Below are positions 12,601 through 25,139 of a stretch of DNA of 64,000 nucleotides, piece after piece. Source of the stretch: Lingula anatina (lineage: Eukaryota; Animalia; Brachiopoda); the NCBI GenBank assembly GCA_051362555.1, contig CM120648.1, forward strand, positions 14,008,587 through 14,072,586. The letters are read 5' to 3'. Positions within the stretch are counted from its first letter, which is position 1. Every line of letters begins with the position of its first letter. The position numbers and the translations under genes are program-made. The notes beneath the pieces were generated by a model. That model made no database searches, had not been told where the DNA came from, and saw nothing but the letters and a program-made list of their open reading frames with translations.

Positions 12601-15600
12601 TTTTTTGTATGGATAGGCCACTGAAATACATTTGTGTAAAAGGGTATGATCTGCTTTTAGTATACTCTGCTAATTAAAAAAAATTAAAGCTATAGAAAAA
12701 GTTCTCTATTGGATATTAAATTATGTAGCCTTAATCAAGTACTGGTAAGAACATAAAATGTCCCTTTAACAGTGTGTAAACTTGACCAGAGTGATTTCCT
12801 TGTCCACTGGGCTTCTGATCCAAAGCTGACTGTCTCATGATAACCCTTCTTAAAACTTATTTGACAGATAATTTGACATAGTGGTTTGCATATACAGATT
12901 AAAGGTACATACGAACCGAGCATCAGTGGAGCATGGATTCCCAGTAACACATGTAAACCATTTCTACTATTTTCTTATACGAATCAAATAAATTTGGCAT
13001 GCCAAGGGATAAACTGAATAGATCACTCTATCAGCCATAAAAGAGCTTTAGACTGCTCCTTTCTTAAAATTTTTGGTTGGAAATTTAACCTACTTTCGTG
13101 ACCTACTTTTCTGCCCCATTGACATACAGCATAGAATGCTAGCAGAAAAATCTGTTCAAACACCATTTTTGGGTAAAGTTAAACAATGCCTTTTGGTAAT
13201 TCTCTTAGTTATACTACTTGAAACTATATGCTGGCATTTGGTCGGTTTTTGTGGCAAAAAATTGACTTTGTATGCATCTTTAAAAGAAGAGACATTGAAT
13301 TCATAAACAACACATTAAATACAGCAGGTTGTGAAAATGAAGCTCTTTTGTAAATGATTAGTACAAATTAGTAGGTTTCTCAGGGAGAACATACAGTCAT
13401 TTGTACCTGTTCCTCCTGCATGAATAAAAGCAATGAAAATAATCATATTGTTGGGCGAAAAAAATCTTTTTTGGATTGCTCTTGTTTGTCCTTTACAAAT
13501 TCATGTTAAAAATTTTTTTTTTTCAATAGTTTCTTAAACTGCATCGTGACATCATTATCTTTATTGCGATTGCGATATTTTATCGAATCATTTTACTCAA
13601 GAATATGTCTTAGATTGGTTCTTTCTTTTGTTTGAATATTTAACAAACCCTGATGTACATCTTTAATGTTCAGATTTTATATATTAACCTTTTAACATGG
13701 AGAGCATATGGTGTCAGTGTCTTTTCAATTTAAATGTAACACACAAAACCAATCAAAGCAGAAAAGACAGAATGCAATTGAAATAACTAAGTTACTATAA
13801 AATATACAAAATAACTATAAAAAATTTGTGTAATGTTTCTTTGAATATCTCTTGTCTCTTTTGGTCATATCAGTTTCTATTATACATGGTATAGCCTTTA
13901 ATTATTGTAGTTATCTAAAGTATGTCCACTCATTTCAAATCAAATATAAATTTATTAATATGATACATTATTGTCCTTTGTGGCCAATAATTGCTGTCAC
14001 AGGTATTGTGGTAGACAATTAGGATACTGTTAACCTTTGCCCCAAACTCCTTATTAATACATTCTTTTGGATAGCAGATAAATCTTCCGTGTTCAGTGTC
14101 TTAATTAATTAACATTTATACACGTCATCCTACAGGTGATATTCACAATTTAACAGCTTTGGGATAGTGACATTCATCTATTATATAGATAATATTATAT
14201 AGATAAAAGATATTTCAGTTCAGAAATGCCCACATGCGTGACTGCATACAATGTCAAACTGGTTTAAGTGAGTGAACAGGGTTGTACAATATTGCTACTG
14301 TATCTGGAACGGAGTCAAAAAGTTGGTTGAGGAGTTTTGGTTTGTAATCAGTCCAGGATAATTCTATATTTAGTCCATAAAAGTAACAAGTACAAGTGTA
14401 TCTAGGTCTAAATCGTTGGTTGTTATGTCCTTCTAATTAATTGGGGCAGTATTTCAGCAGAGTGGTGCAGGTGCCACTGATCGGTGTGGTCATAATACCA
14501 GTAGCTTTACACTTAAGATCTAGCAGTGAAGACCAGTATTGGGTCTTCAGTTGTTCTGTGAATATGCCCCTGCTCTAAAACAAATTGGTATGGGGCTCTA
14601 AACAAAACACGCAAAAGGTCCATTTTCCCCTTGAAGATATGAATCCCTCATCTCCAGCTTCTGTTATTTTGCTTTTAACATACTTGAATATTGTTTCACA
14701 TGCAAGGTAACTATTCCACAAAGAATAAGTGCATGTGTGTTGTGAAATATGCTTATAAAGTTAAAGGGATAATAACTCTTTGTATGAGATCTGTATTTCA
14801 CAATAAAAACATTCTGAACAACTCATAGAAATATAATATACATGTATTCTGTTGTACCACAAAAATGGCAGTTAAAGCTATTATTATCATATCTGAGCTT
14901 GTCTTTAGACCACTTGACCTCCATTGATGGCTATACTCTGTTATAATATCCTAAGAGATTATAACAAAAAAACAAACATTTTAGAAAAAAAAAACAGGGA
15001 CTAACTTTGAATGTAAAAATGGATTCATTAACCATTGGTAAGTATGGTAAAATTGTTGTTTACTCCAGGAAAATTAATTTTTTGGCCAAAAAGAAGAGTT
15101 ATTATCCCTTTAATGCTTGGCTTAGTTGTAGGATGAGCATTAGCATGCTCACATAAAATGGCAAGTAATTTAACTAAGTATTTTTGACCGGTGATTCAGT
15201 CAGTCATATGTGAAATGCAGGGTCAGGTTGAAAATAGGCCCAATTGGATAGTTCATGTTGTCAAATAGTTATAACTGCAATATTTGTGAAATTGTTTTTG
15301 CTGAAATAAGCCATGATGGTGTCTATTGAGGTGTTATTCTACAACTGTGTGGGTATTGGGCTGTCACATTTTCTGAATCTCAACAATTATGATCATAAGC
15401 TATTGATTTAAAGTTGAGGGTGATTAAATAGTGAATTATTATGAAGTGAAGCCTTCCAAAAGTGAAGTCTTTGTGGCTTTTGGGAGATGAGATAACTTAA
15501 ATGATCTCTAATGTATCAGTCTGCATGCTTGCCAGCTTTGATGTCTAGTTGGACTTTTATTTATTTATCTATCAACTTAATTGTTTGTTTATTTAAACAA

Positions 15601-18600
15601 AGATTCCAAAATATTGACAAATGTATTCATCTGTTTTTTCTTTCTTTTTTATTATATGATAAAAAATTATGAAAACTGCACTACACATAGTCTAGGTCTC
15701 AGTGCTTACTAATGTTACTATGCATGTATAAAATCTAGAACTGAAATACAAAGATTAATTTAAAACTGATAACAAGGCAGCAAAGCTGTCAAATGTACAG
15801 ACAAAAAGCAGAAAATAACAATGCACAAAATAGGCTACTGTCAATTCTGATGCAAAAGTACATTATGCTTAACTGCAAATTCAACATCAAATTTTAATTA
15901 TGCTCAACAGGTAATATCGATGTAAGTAAAATGTGTAACAAGCATAAGGCTTCAGGCGCATGGGAGTTCAAGTTCCCACTTTGAAAATGCCAGAATGAGA
16001 AAAATGAAAAATTCACACAAAATTGCATAAATTCAATAATAAATGATAACCCAATTGAGCTGGCTTTCTGATTTGAACTGCATGCCAATCCTAAAAATCA
16101 AACTTGTAAGTTTAAAATGATAATAAGTAACAGTTTTCTTTTCATAATGTTTGTAGTAGCAGAGCAAAAAGATTTTTTGTCAATTTTGATGTAACATTAC
16201 ATAATAAATTACAGAATAATTATCACCAATTTTTGATTATTGACTATAAATAGCATAGACATGGAGAAAATTTGATTACCATTTGGCTTCATGTCCATGG
16301 GAGCTCCGAGTCCCGAAATGAATATGCCAAAACGATAATAATGAATATTTCACTAAAATGTATAACTTCCAGAAAAAGAAGCCAATTAGTCTGCTTTTCC
16401 AACTCAGGCTGCATTTTAGTCCTGTGTTTCTTTTTTGATAGTTTGAATAAGTAACATGGTTTTCCCATAATGGTCAACATGGCAGCAGCACCAAAATTGT
16501 GTTTTCTTCTATTTTGATGCAACATAACATAATGCTTAATAGCATAATGACCGTCAATATTTAATAATAAAATAAACGTATCATGCATTTTCAGAAAATG
16601 TGACCAGCATGGGTCTTCAAGCCCGTGGAGGTTCAAAGTCACACCTTGAAAATGCCAATATATGAACAAGGCAGCAAAGCTGTCAAATGTACAGACAAAA
16701 AACAGGAAATAACTATGCACAAAATAGGCTACTGTCAATTCTGATGCAAAAGTACATTATGTTAAACTGCAAATTCAACATCAAATTTTAATTATGCTCA
16801 ACAGGTAATACCAATGTAAGTAAAATGTGTAACAAGTTCACACTTTGAAAATGTATAACTTCCAGAAAAAGAAGCCAATTAGACTGCTTTTCCAACTCAG
16901 GCTGCATTTTAGTCCTGTATTTCTTTTTTGAAAGTTTGGCAATCATAAGTAACATGGTTTTCCCATAATGGTCATCATGGCAGCAGCACCCAAAATTGTG
17001 TTTTCTTCTATTCTGATGCCATATTACATAATGGTTAACAGCATAATGACCGTCAATTTTTAATAATAAAATATATGTATCATGGATTTTCAGAAAATGT
17101 GACTAGCATGGGTCTTCAAGCCCGTGGAACTTCAAAGTCACACCTTGAAAATGCCAATATGTGAAAAATTAAATTTTCACAAAAAAAAAAAAAAAAAAAA
17201 AAAAACGTTTAACTGGCAGTAAGAATTACCAAACAGACTGCATTGCCTACTGAAGCTGTATTTTAGTCCCATGTTACTTTCCTGTAAGTTTGAGAACAGT
17301 AAGTGACATGGTTTTCCTTAAATGGTCATCATGGGAGCAGTGCCCAAAATAGGGGTTTTCTTCAAATTTTGATGCAACATTACATAATGTTTAGCAACAT
17401 AATGACCATCAATTTTTAATAATAAAATATTAGTAACATGGACATTCAGAAAATGTGACTAGCAAAGGTCTTCAGGCCCACAGAACTTCAAAGTCACACC
17501 TTGGAAATGCCAAAATGTAAACAAGACAGCACTGTTCTGAAATGGGTTTATTTCCATTTTTAACACTTTTTTAACATAAAACAAAATAAACAGCTTACTG
17601 CTATTTTTTATGATCAACTAAGAAAGTTGATGAGATGGGAAAAATATCAACAGAACAGTGTTAAATATCCAATTTCCTCCATTCTGAGATTCTGAACATA
17701 GTGGATGATTGAATCTGACAAACTGCAATGATATGAGTTTATTTCCATTTTTGAAACTTTATTACACAATACACGATAACAAGTTTACCATCATTTTTAC
17801 ACAATCAACTAACAATGTTGTAAAGATGCAGGAAATGTCAAACAAACACTTTTACGTATCTTATTAGTTCAATAATGAGACTGTTAACATGCCTAAGAAT
17901 TGAATCTGAGAAAATGTGAAAAAACAGCATAACTTCTAAAATAATGGCCCGATTAAGCTGATTTTCGAACAGTAGTCGGAACTCAACCTGCGTTTTAGTA
18001 AGATTGACCACTCCTGTGTGTACAATGACAATTGGCCCATCTGTTTTTCTTATATTGTGTTATCAGTGTTGCATATATGCTGAAAAAAGTGAAAAAACAG
18101 CATAACTTCCATAAAAGTGGCCCAATCAAGCTTATTTTCGAACTTGATCTGCGTTTTATGAATATTCATCAGTTCTGTAAGTTTCAAGCCAAAAAATAAA
18201 GCGGTTTTTCACTTATCGTGTTATCGGTGCTGCATATATGCTGAAAAAGTGAAAAAACAGCATAACTTCCCTAAAAGTGACCTGATCATACTGATTTTCG
18301 AACTTGACCTGCGTATTATGAATATTCATCAATTCTGTAAGTTTCAAGCTGAAAGAAAAAACGGTTTTCCACTTATCGTGTTATCGGTAAAAGTGCACGA
18401 CGACGACAGACGCAGGTGATGGCTATATGTACAGACACATCTGTGTCTGTACATAAAAAGGAAATAAAAGCTGAAAGGAACATAAATTTACCATAAAATT
18501 CTTTTAATTAAATTGTTTTTTCCAATTTCTCTTAAAACTATCAAAAATATCACTAATAGAAACCAAATATTAAGAAATAAACTAAAAGCTGCCATAGACT

Positions 18601-20606
18601 AAAAACTGAAATAGAAATATACCATATTATTCTTTTAATGGAATTGTTGTTTTTTTTTCAATTTCTCTCAAAACTATCAAGAGTGTCACTTATAGAAACA
18701 TTTGTCCTGTTGATTGATCAGACCATAAAATTGATGCTGCAATCTCAAAATTTCTATGATTTGATAGTCTTTTTGTTTGTTTGTTTGTTTGTTTCTTTTC
18801 GCCATCAGCATTTGCCCACCTGGTCTTAGTGTTCAGATGGGACTTGCTACATCTTTGATAAAAGGACAATCACCCTTTAAGATCTTAAAGGGCATGAATA
18901 GCATTTTACAAACTATCAGTTGATATGTTAGAAACCAAGGTAAATCACACACACAAAAATTATTGAAAAAGTAAAAAAAAAAAAAATTGTATAAAAAATA
19001 ATAAAGGTTGCACAGGATTACTGCATAGATTTATGTAGTCGCAGTGCATCGCAGTTTTGAGATGCAAAAGTATGAGCACCTGTAGGAATTACATGGAGTT
19101 ACAGTTATTCTGGGCTTTTCGGAAAAATTATCTTGATAAAAGCACCTTGGATATCAGATTCTGTCAAGACTGTAGTGTCCATGTCAGGGCCTATGGTGAT
19201 ACGATAGAGGGATCACTGGTTTGACTCAGAACCTTGGGGTGACTCTAATTGAGATTGTTTTGTACCTTCACATGTTGACAAATGATAACAATGATGTTGC
19301 ATGTACACCTGTACAAGTAAGAATGATGTGGAGTTAACAGCTAGATTGCATGTTTACATGGCATCATGCGAATTGGAGGCTGTCATGGAATGCTCTTCCC
19401 ATGATATTCACACATGACTAAATGACTTTTCACGCATGACCTAACAGGAGACTTTCTTAGTAATTAATGGAACTTTGACTTTCTGAACAGGACCTTAACT
19501 ACACTGACGACGTCACTGACCTTGCTTGTGTTCACCAGTATGCAATGGAGTGTGCATGTGTGCAAATTTTGGAAATTTTTGAATTGATCCTTCCTCCATG
19601 TCTCTGTCACTAAAGTTTAAATAGGATTATTGGAGAAAATAATGGGATAGCCAGGACAGCCCTTATGTCTTAACACAAACCACAAATGGGTCTCTTACAG
19701 GTGTTCATGAAAGTTTTACCTTGACCTGCATACTAGGGTCACTGAATTCCTCTTTATAAAAGTGATGGCACAGGCACTACCTTGACATAATGATCTATGA
19801 CTCTTTCTAATATGAGCTATTGGTTTCAGATATTATTTGAAAAGTAATTATATCTATGAGATGATCAAAAATAGTCATTGCATGTCAAAAAAAATCTCAT
19901 AGAGGCTGCCATCTTTTCATACTGATGGATTAAATATAATATCATAATGAATAGTTTTTTTTCAAAAAAAAAAGAAAAAGACAAAAAAAATTCTCAAGTG
20001 ACCAACTTGAGCGTCACCTACTATTTATCTACTTACCAAGCCACATCTATGCCACAGTCCAGTTATGTGACTATGGGCTGAGTGCTGTATATAGCAAACC
20101 ACAGAGTAAAATTAACTTGATTTAAAATTTAATTTCATTTGAAAATCAGACATTAGTCTGGTTTATGGCACATTTTCTGATTAAAGTAATATATGTTGTT
20201 AAAGGGGACATAGTTGGCTTTTTAACAGAGTCCTTACATTGTGAAATGAACTGTGCACTCACTATATGTTCCCTATTAGTTTTTGTACTAAGGTCATCCT
20301 CACCAAAAATTTATTATTTTACACCCTGAAGTGCTACAGTGTTTAATCTTTTATGTTGATTTTCAGCCTCATCCTGATAACTATTTTAACATGATATGAG
20401 GCCTGTGAAACTAACTGCTTACATATAGCCTCCTTTTTTTTTTTTTTAGATACAAGCAATTTCTTTAATTGACATATTTTGTTTTGATAACTCTGAAAAT
20501 AACAACAAGCTGACCTTCAGATGACATATGCTTTTAAATTCACCACTTGGAACTTTGCTTCAGGACCTGTACTTTTTCTGATTATTATTATTATTATTAT
20601 TATTAT

Positions 20607-20642
<36 letters not shown>

Positions 20643-21182
20643 AAGTAGTAGTAGTAGAAGTGGTAGTTTGATTTTATTAATAACTTAAATTTATTTAAAA
20701 AGACTTATGTTTTTTATTTGGCTTATGAATAATTAAAAAATTATCTACCACTACTGTGTTTTTCATTTGTATTTTCAGTCCCCTTCCTGTGAATGGCGCC
20801 ATAGTCACCAGCCATTATAACCCTAAGTACACCTCTTCCCCACAGAATTCCGATATCGACTCTGACACCGAGACAGATGATGAGGGATCAACAGGTCTTT
20901 GATTTTGGTCCATCACATTTTATAATATTAATGCTAATATTAGCTTCTTGCCCGTTAATATTGTGCACTCAATTTTGTCTGCCGTAATTTTTCTCACTGT
21001 TTTCAGTATTGACACCTAGTAGAATGTCCTAGCTGTAACTAGGTTTACAATTTATCTTGTCAGGTCTCTGGGCACGCTTCACAGGCAGCAGTGGAAGGGC
21101 AGGAACCAGAGGCCAGCCTCACAGAGAGTCTGATACAGAGGAGGACCTGGACCAGCCTAGACGGTGGTGTCGTCTGCTATGA
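13..21182 (+). CDS. WD40-repeat protein, 5'-partial, 9 exons in window, C-terminal CaaX (CRLL)
   Basis: Exons with AG/GT borders and consistent phases: 13-134, 803-889, 1533-1619, 2481-2569, 2984-3203, 3543-3668, 4379-4547, 20779-20894, 21064-21182 (TGA). Spliced translation: RDTTMKLWEGSTGRELHSFGGHTDSVTAV...LLVSGSMDCAVRLWSLKTG...LLVTGSSGGKVELWSLATG...IYSASADGFIKIF...VATGGTELKIWEQ...SDIDSDTETDDEG...QPRRWCRLL*. These are typical GH/SGSxD/LW WD40 signatures. Joining the last two exons across the 16.2-kb intron is inferred from phase (2/2) and an open frame. Confidence 0.85.
4720..5441 (+). mobile_element. Older diverged HINE copy of the same family, opposite orientation
   Basis: Reverse-complement similarity to 15771-16660 (TTTGAACTTCCATGGGCTTGAAGACC..., CAGAATTGACAGTAG...TTTTTGTCTAAACATTTGAC...GCCCTGTT). 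GCCGTCGCCGTC tract near the 5' end. Confidence 0.7.
5797..6290 (+). mobile_element. Diverged HINE 5' fragment
   Basis: Begins TTTTATGTACAGACACAGTTGTGTC (family subTIR/hairpin), followed by sequence similar to the reverse complement of 17560-18400. The 3' boundary is approximate. Confidence 0.6.
6612..6649. repeat. (AAT)n microsatellite
   Basis: Direct reading of the sequence. Confidence 0.95.
6971..8475 (-). CDS. Cytosolic (SULT-family) PAPS-dependent sulfotransferase, 2 coding exons, ~300 aa, nested antisense in the WD40 intron
   Basis: Exon 1 is 8475-8340 (MHKIPGEHIYEGILMPGYHPPEIIEIFKNFQMHQSDCLVTAYPKS-G, GT donor, in-frame stop upstream of the ATG). Exon 2 is 7737-6971 after TTTTTAG. Motifs: 5'-PSB loop YPKSGQTW, catalytic LLKTH, 3'-PB RNPKDVAVSYYHF, C-terminal RKGMVGDWRNYFT. 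Total 903 nt. Confidence 0.95.
8626..8882. mobile_element. Foldback MITE, PIF/Harbinger (Tourist)-like
   Basis: Near-perfect ~105-bp inverted arms GGCTGCATTCACATGGAAAATCTATTTTCTAAAAATC... / ...GATTTTTAGAAAATAGATTTTTCATGTGAACACAGCC, flanked by TAA and TCA (degenerate 3-bp TSD). Confidence 0.85.
9279..9595. mobile_element. Small TIR element (MITE)
   Basis: 15-bp TIRs GAGGGTCCCACTGGG / CCCAATGGGACCCTC (1 mismatch) with internal (C/T)GTGAA repeats. TSD not clean. Confidence 0.6.
9799..9814 (+). promoter_or_regulatory. Consensus nuclear-receptor DR4 element upstream of the sulfotransferase
   Basis: AGGTCA-tctg-AGTTCA, with extra half-sites GGGTCA (9781) and AGGTCA (9901). Function untested. Confidence 0.35.
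11754..11894. mobile_element. 141-bp MITE with hAT-like CAGGGGCGGAT ends and 5-bp TSD
   Basis: ATTGT|CAGGGGCGGAT ... ATCCGCCCCTG|ATTGT. Confidence 0.75.
14765..15109. mobile_element. TTAA-specific MITE (Kolobok-like AGG termini)
   Basis: TTAA|AGGGATAATAACTCTT ... AAGAGTTATTATCCCT|TTAA. A second copy lies at 33462-33798 in the opposite orientation. Confidence 0.8.
15771..18459 (-). mobile_element. Non-autonomous Helentron (HINE/DINE-1-like), compound copy with a duplicated 3' end
   Basis: On the - strand: 5' TTTTT-ATGTACAGACAC-agat-GTGTCTGTACAT (subTIR plus inverted repeat, 18427-18459), a short (GTC)n tract, ~160-170 bp tandem units (starts near 17916, 18089, 18249), 3' subTIR TGTCTGTACAT and stem-loop GACAGC-TTT-GCTGCC-TTGTT. 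The 3' terminus occurs twice (15771 and 16665). Confidence 0.8.
20581..20667. repeat. Compound (ATT)n(AGT)n microsatellite
   Basis: Direct reading; about 110 bp upstream of WD40 exon 20779. Confidence 0.95.
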
Positions 21183-24100
21183 TTGGCCATTTTGGAAAGC
21201 ATTTATCATGACTAGACATCCTTAATATTTAGAATTTTTGCATTTTTATTTTTATGCCATTTGTTTTTTTGACCACCACATTTAATAATTGTTCAGTGAA
21301 AGAATAAGGTACCTTTATGGACAGAATTTTGAGTATACTTATTATCAAAGTATAAAAGATAACAGGATTTTCCCTTATTATTTAACTGTTGGTGTATATA
21401 CAGTAGATCAACAGGACAGTGGAATTTGATTTTTTTTTCTTTTGATACAATTTTTTTCAAAAACAAAATGAAACAAAAGAAAACAAAAACAGGCAGATCA
21501 GGTTGAGGAACAATTATTGTTTATGTCATATATTATTATGCATTAGTTACTATATTAGATCTTGCATACCGACATGCCAACCAAAAACAACCCTAGAAAC
21601 CCTGGCAAACAAAATAAATGTAACAGCTTCTGTGAAACATGGCACAAATGTGGCCAAGGTTTTATGATGGCAGTATTCCAATCAACTTCCTTTGAAAAGT
21701 TAAGTAATAAGTTAATAATGTTACAGTCTCTTATGCTGAACTTAGTAAATGGAAGGTGCATCTTCATCAAGTGAAAATGTAACTTTAAGATCCAAGAATT
21801 ATGTCTAACTTGGAACTAGGGCTTAATATAAAGAATGTGTAATTGTCTATTTCAGGCTGCATGAAATTAGTAGGAAAAGGTCATTAGTATCACCATTTTA
21901 TATTAAACACTGATCATAGACAAAAGCCTGTAACCATATAAAGGGCTTCTGTCTATGACTATTGATCAAATAAAGAAGGATAAAGTATTTATGATCTTCT
22001 TTGACAATACTATATAAATATATATAGTTATGAAAAACAAGGTGGCACAAAAGTTTGCAATTAATTAGGGATAAGAAATGCATGTAATGAGGCAAAGCAT
22101 CACTCAAACAATAGATATAAAAATGCATTGCATTAATGAAATGAGTGATGACAATGTAACAGTGTATTTTCACTGAATGTGACATACTGGGGAGGATTTT
22201 TTTGGTTGTAAGAAAAGCAAGAAAATGCAAATAAAATGGTAACCTACAGCTGGATTGCTCAAATCACTTTATTCAGGTCAGTTACATCACTTGTTTTCAG
22301 AAGTTGCACATAACAGACATGATGTAATACCTGCAATATTGCCCACGAGAAAAGATAACACCTCTTATAAATATCATTTGAATCTCACCAAGATGAAAAT
22401 TTCAACACAATTTCATAACCTTTTGAAGTTTCGTGCAATCTTTTGTTTTCCAAGTAGAGAGGAAACCACAGCTCAGTGTTGCGGTATCAAAATAACCTTA
22501 TTACCTGGTCTTATTTCTGGAAATACTAGTGTGTTTATGTAAGGAAAATAACCGACACTTGCTCAGATTACACGTGTTTGGCCTTGGGAATGCTTTATAG
22601 CATCGATTTCAAAGATCAAGGGCTCTGTATTTTCCAAGATTGCTTTCAAGACCAGAAATGCGCCCTCTATCTTGAGAAATAAATGGTGAGATTCCAGAGA
22701 CGAGAGCTGAAAAGGGAGAAAGGAAGAGAAGGGGGAAGAGAAAAGTGGGGAAATGGTTGGATTTTGTAAATTTGTATAACGTCTTTTAAGAAATCATAGT
22801 TTATAGAAACTATTCTTTAAAGCAGCTGTTGTAATGTGTCTTCCGATTAAAATTTACATAAAGATGTTTTGTAAAATCATAGCACACGATTTTCCCCAAA
22901 TTTCACTATCTTTATTTTCTTTTTATTCCAAATAAATAAATAATTTATACGTTCATAAATCTATTAACACATGTACATAAGTTACACATACACAAATTAC
23001 TGTTTTATTCACAGCACTTATAAATAATAATAACAATAATAAAAAGAAAAACACAAAACACGCACTTGATAAAATTACCAAACACATTTGAAGTTTCAAC
23101 AATAATATGGTTCCTAGACTGGAAATTGAACATGCTCGCACTGCTTTTGTCCACAGCCGACAAACCAGGTTGTTTATTAAACACGCGTCCTATCACTTAC
23201 TTAAATAACCGAAATATCAGTCATGGGACCCTCCAAACAAAAACCTCTCTGTCGAGGTGTTGGCAACAGAACTTTTCGTACGAAAACGCGGTCAGTGCAC
23301 TGCTGTAAGCATACTTCACATCGTCGTCTTATTATTGTTTAAATCATACTACTGACATGTTGCTACTCTTTCTCTTTTACCAACATGTACTATCATAAAA
23401 CTGTTCTATTCTTGTACCTAAGCAAAACAAATAACCAGAACAGAAAATGAAATGTCAAACAATCAGTGTCAGTAAACATATGGAACTCTGTCAAAAGAAT
23501 ACATTTTCAGCAGTTTACGAGCAACTCCATCTATCAATCGCGAAAATAAAAATATCCTTTAACATTAAATGTAAAAAGTTACAATTTTCGGCTTAACGCC
23601 AGGCATTTCTGCAAATAGTTTTGCTGCTATGAATAATGAAATCACAACTCTAAAGGCACATTTACAGCCACGTAACACATAGTCCTGTGGGTGCAACTTC
23701 TCTTCCACTGGTCGTCTGATTAAGCTCTCTGAAGGCGGCAGGTAAACTAATTTTCCCGAAGTAAGTCCCCTGGTTCAGCGGTGAACGTTGAAACTGTGGG
23801 ACTCATTTGTTGCCTCTGGTGAGCTTTGAATAATCAAACGACCTTGAGATAGTTCGAAATCATCTAAGATACCAAATGAGACTGTCACCACAGCGTGACG
23901 TCATACGAGACTGACAAGATCTTTGGGAGGGGGGTAACATAATTTGTAGCGATAAGATTGCAACTCTTAGTAAGCAATACAGAACAGATACGCATTACAT
24001 GTTTAATTCGTGCTGTTCTGCAACTGATTGTGATATTTCCCACCCCATCCTTCTCCAAATCCAGTCAAAAGTGGCTTAGGCCTATCTCAGATGATTTCCA

Positions 24101-25057
24101 TGTTGACTGTAAACGCACCTTTCAGTTGTAGTGGGACAAGGGAAGTGCTGGTAAATAATAGCAATGAGATTGCGTGAACTAATTTTTTAAGTAAGATGAG
24201 GTCACACTTACATAAGAGAGGTAGATCCAAAATGTTTTGCTCAAGATGTTTAAAATTCTAAACCTAGGACACGAATTAAATGATCCTGATGAATACCTTT
24301 CATGTGTTTTCTGACTCGTTCTCAAAGTGAGTACGGTGTCCTCTGCGTAACGAGGTAAGAAACTATACACATCCAATCATTTTTGATGAAATAAATAACT
24401 TAACTTACGTTTCATAAACAATGCCGAAATTTTAAACATATATGTTCTTGTCAAAAACGTTTAGGATCTACGGAGGTAGAACTAGTAATTAATAAGTTAC
24501 TTCCGTAAAACCCAACATACTACTGCATGCATTTACGGAAATAGCCAAATACCAACAATTGTGGTTATAGTGTAGATACAATTGGTTCAGTGCATCAAAT
24601 GACTACGAGGTAAATCTTATCAATAGTGATTATCTAAAACAAAAGATGAGGATATAAATAAGTCAAAAAGTGATGAGGTAAAAATAGAGTTCTTTAATTT
24701 ATCCACGATTTCTAAAGCATGATGAATAAAGACTCCACACATTCGGGGTACCTCAAAAGAACTAAGTGCGAACAAATTTTCGGTCAATAAATAAAAGCAA
24801 TGAATAAAAGCATGTTTTATATGCAAGGGTATTCATTTGTTTAGGGATAAAATCACCAACAAATGAGACAAATAGCAAACAAATGAAAATAAAATGGATA
24901 AATATTGTTATGTCCATCTACACGTTGAACATTAACTTAACGACAACAGCATCATTGAAAATAAGTTAAAATCAAATTGAAAGCACCTCATTCGAAATGA
25001 AATCAGGGCCTGAGAGATTGCAATCCTCGTAAGCGCAAAAGGACACACATCATGTAA

Positions 25058-25139
25058 ACGTCACTTTCACGTCATTTCGACGTCAACATGACGTCACGCG
25101 CCAACTAGTAGACCGTATAAATGGAGATAAAGGAGGTCA
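25058..25139 (+). promoter_or_regulatory. Phased ACGTCA x4 (CRE-like) array followed by TATAAA and AGGTCA
   Basis: ACGTCA at 25058, 25069, 25080 and 25091 (the last within a full TGACGTCA); TATAAA at 25116; AGGTCA at 25134. Confidence 0.35.

Noticed and set aside
14450-14620. Possible tRNA-derived SINE remnant
   Set aside because: No recognisable A/B boxes and no second copy in the window.
16289-16738. 149-aa ORF as a transposase or gene
   Set aside because: It lies within the non-coding HINE repeat and has no recognisable domain.
17910-18400. Regular repeats as a CRISPR-like array
   Set aside because: The ~160-bp whole-unit tandem repeats have no unique spacers and sit inside a eukaryotic transposon; there are no cas genes.
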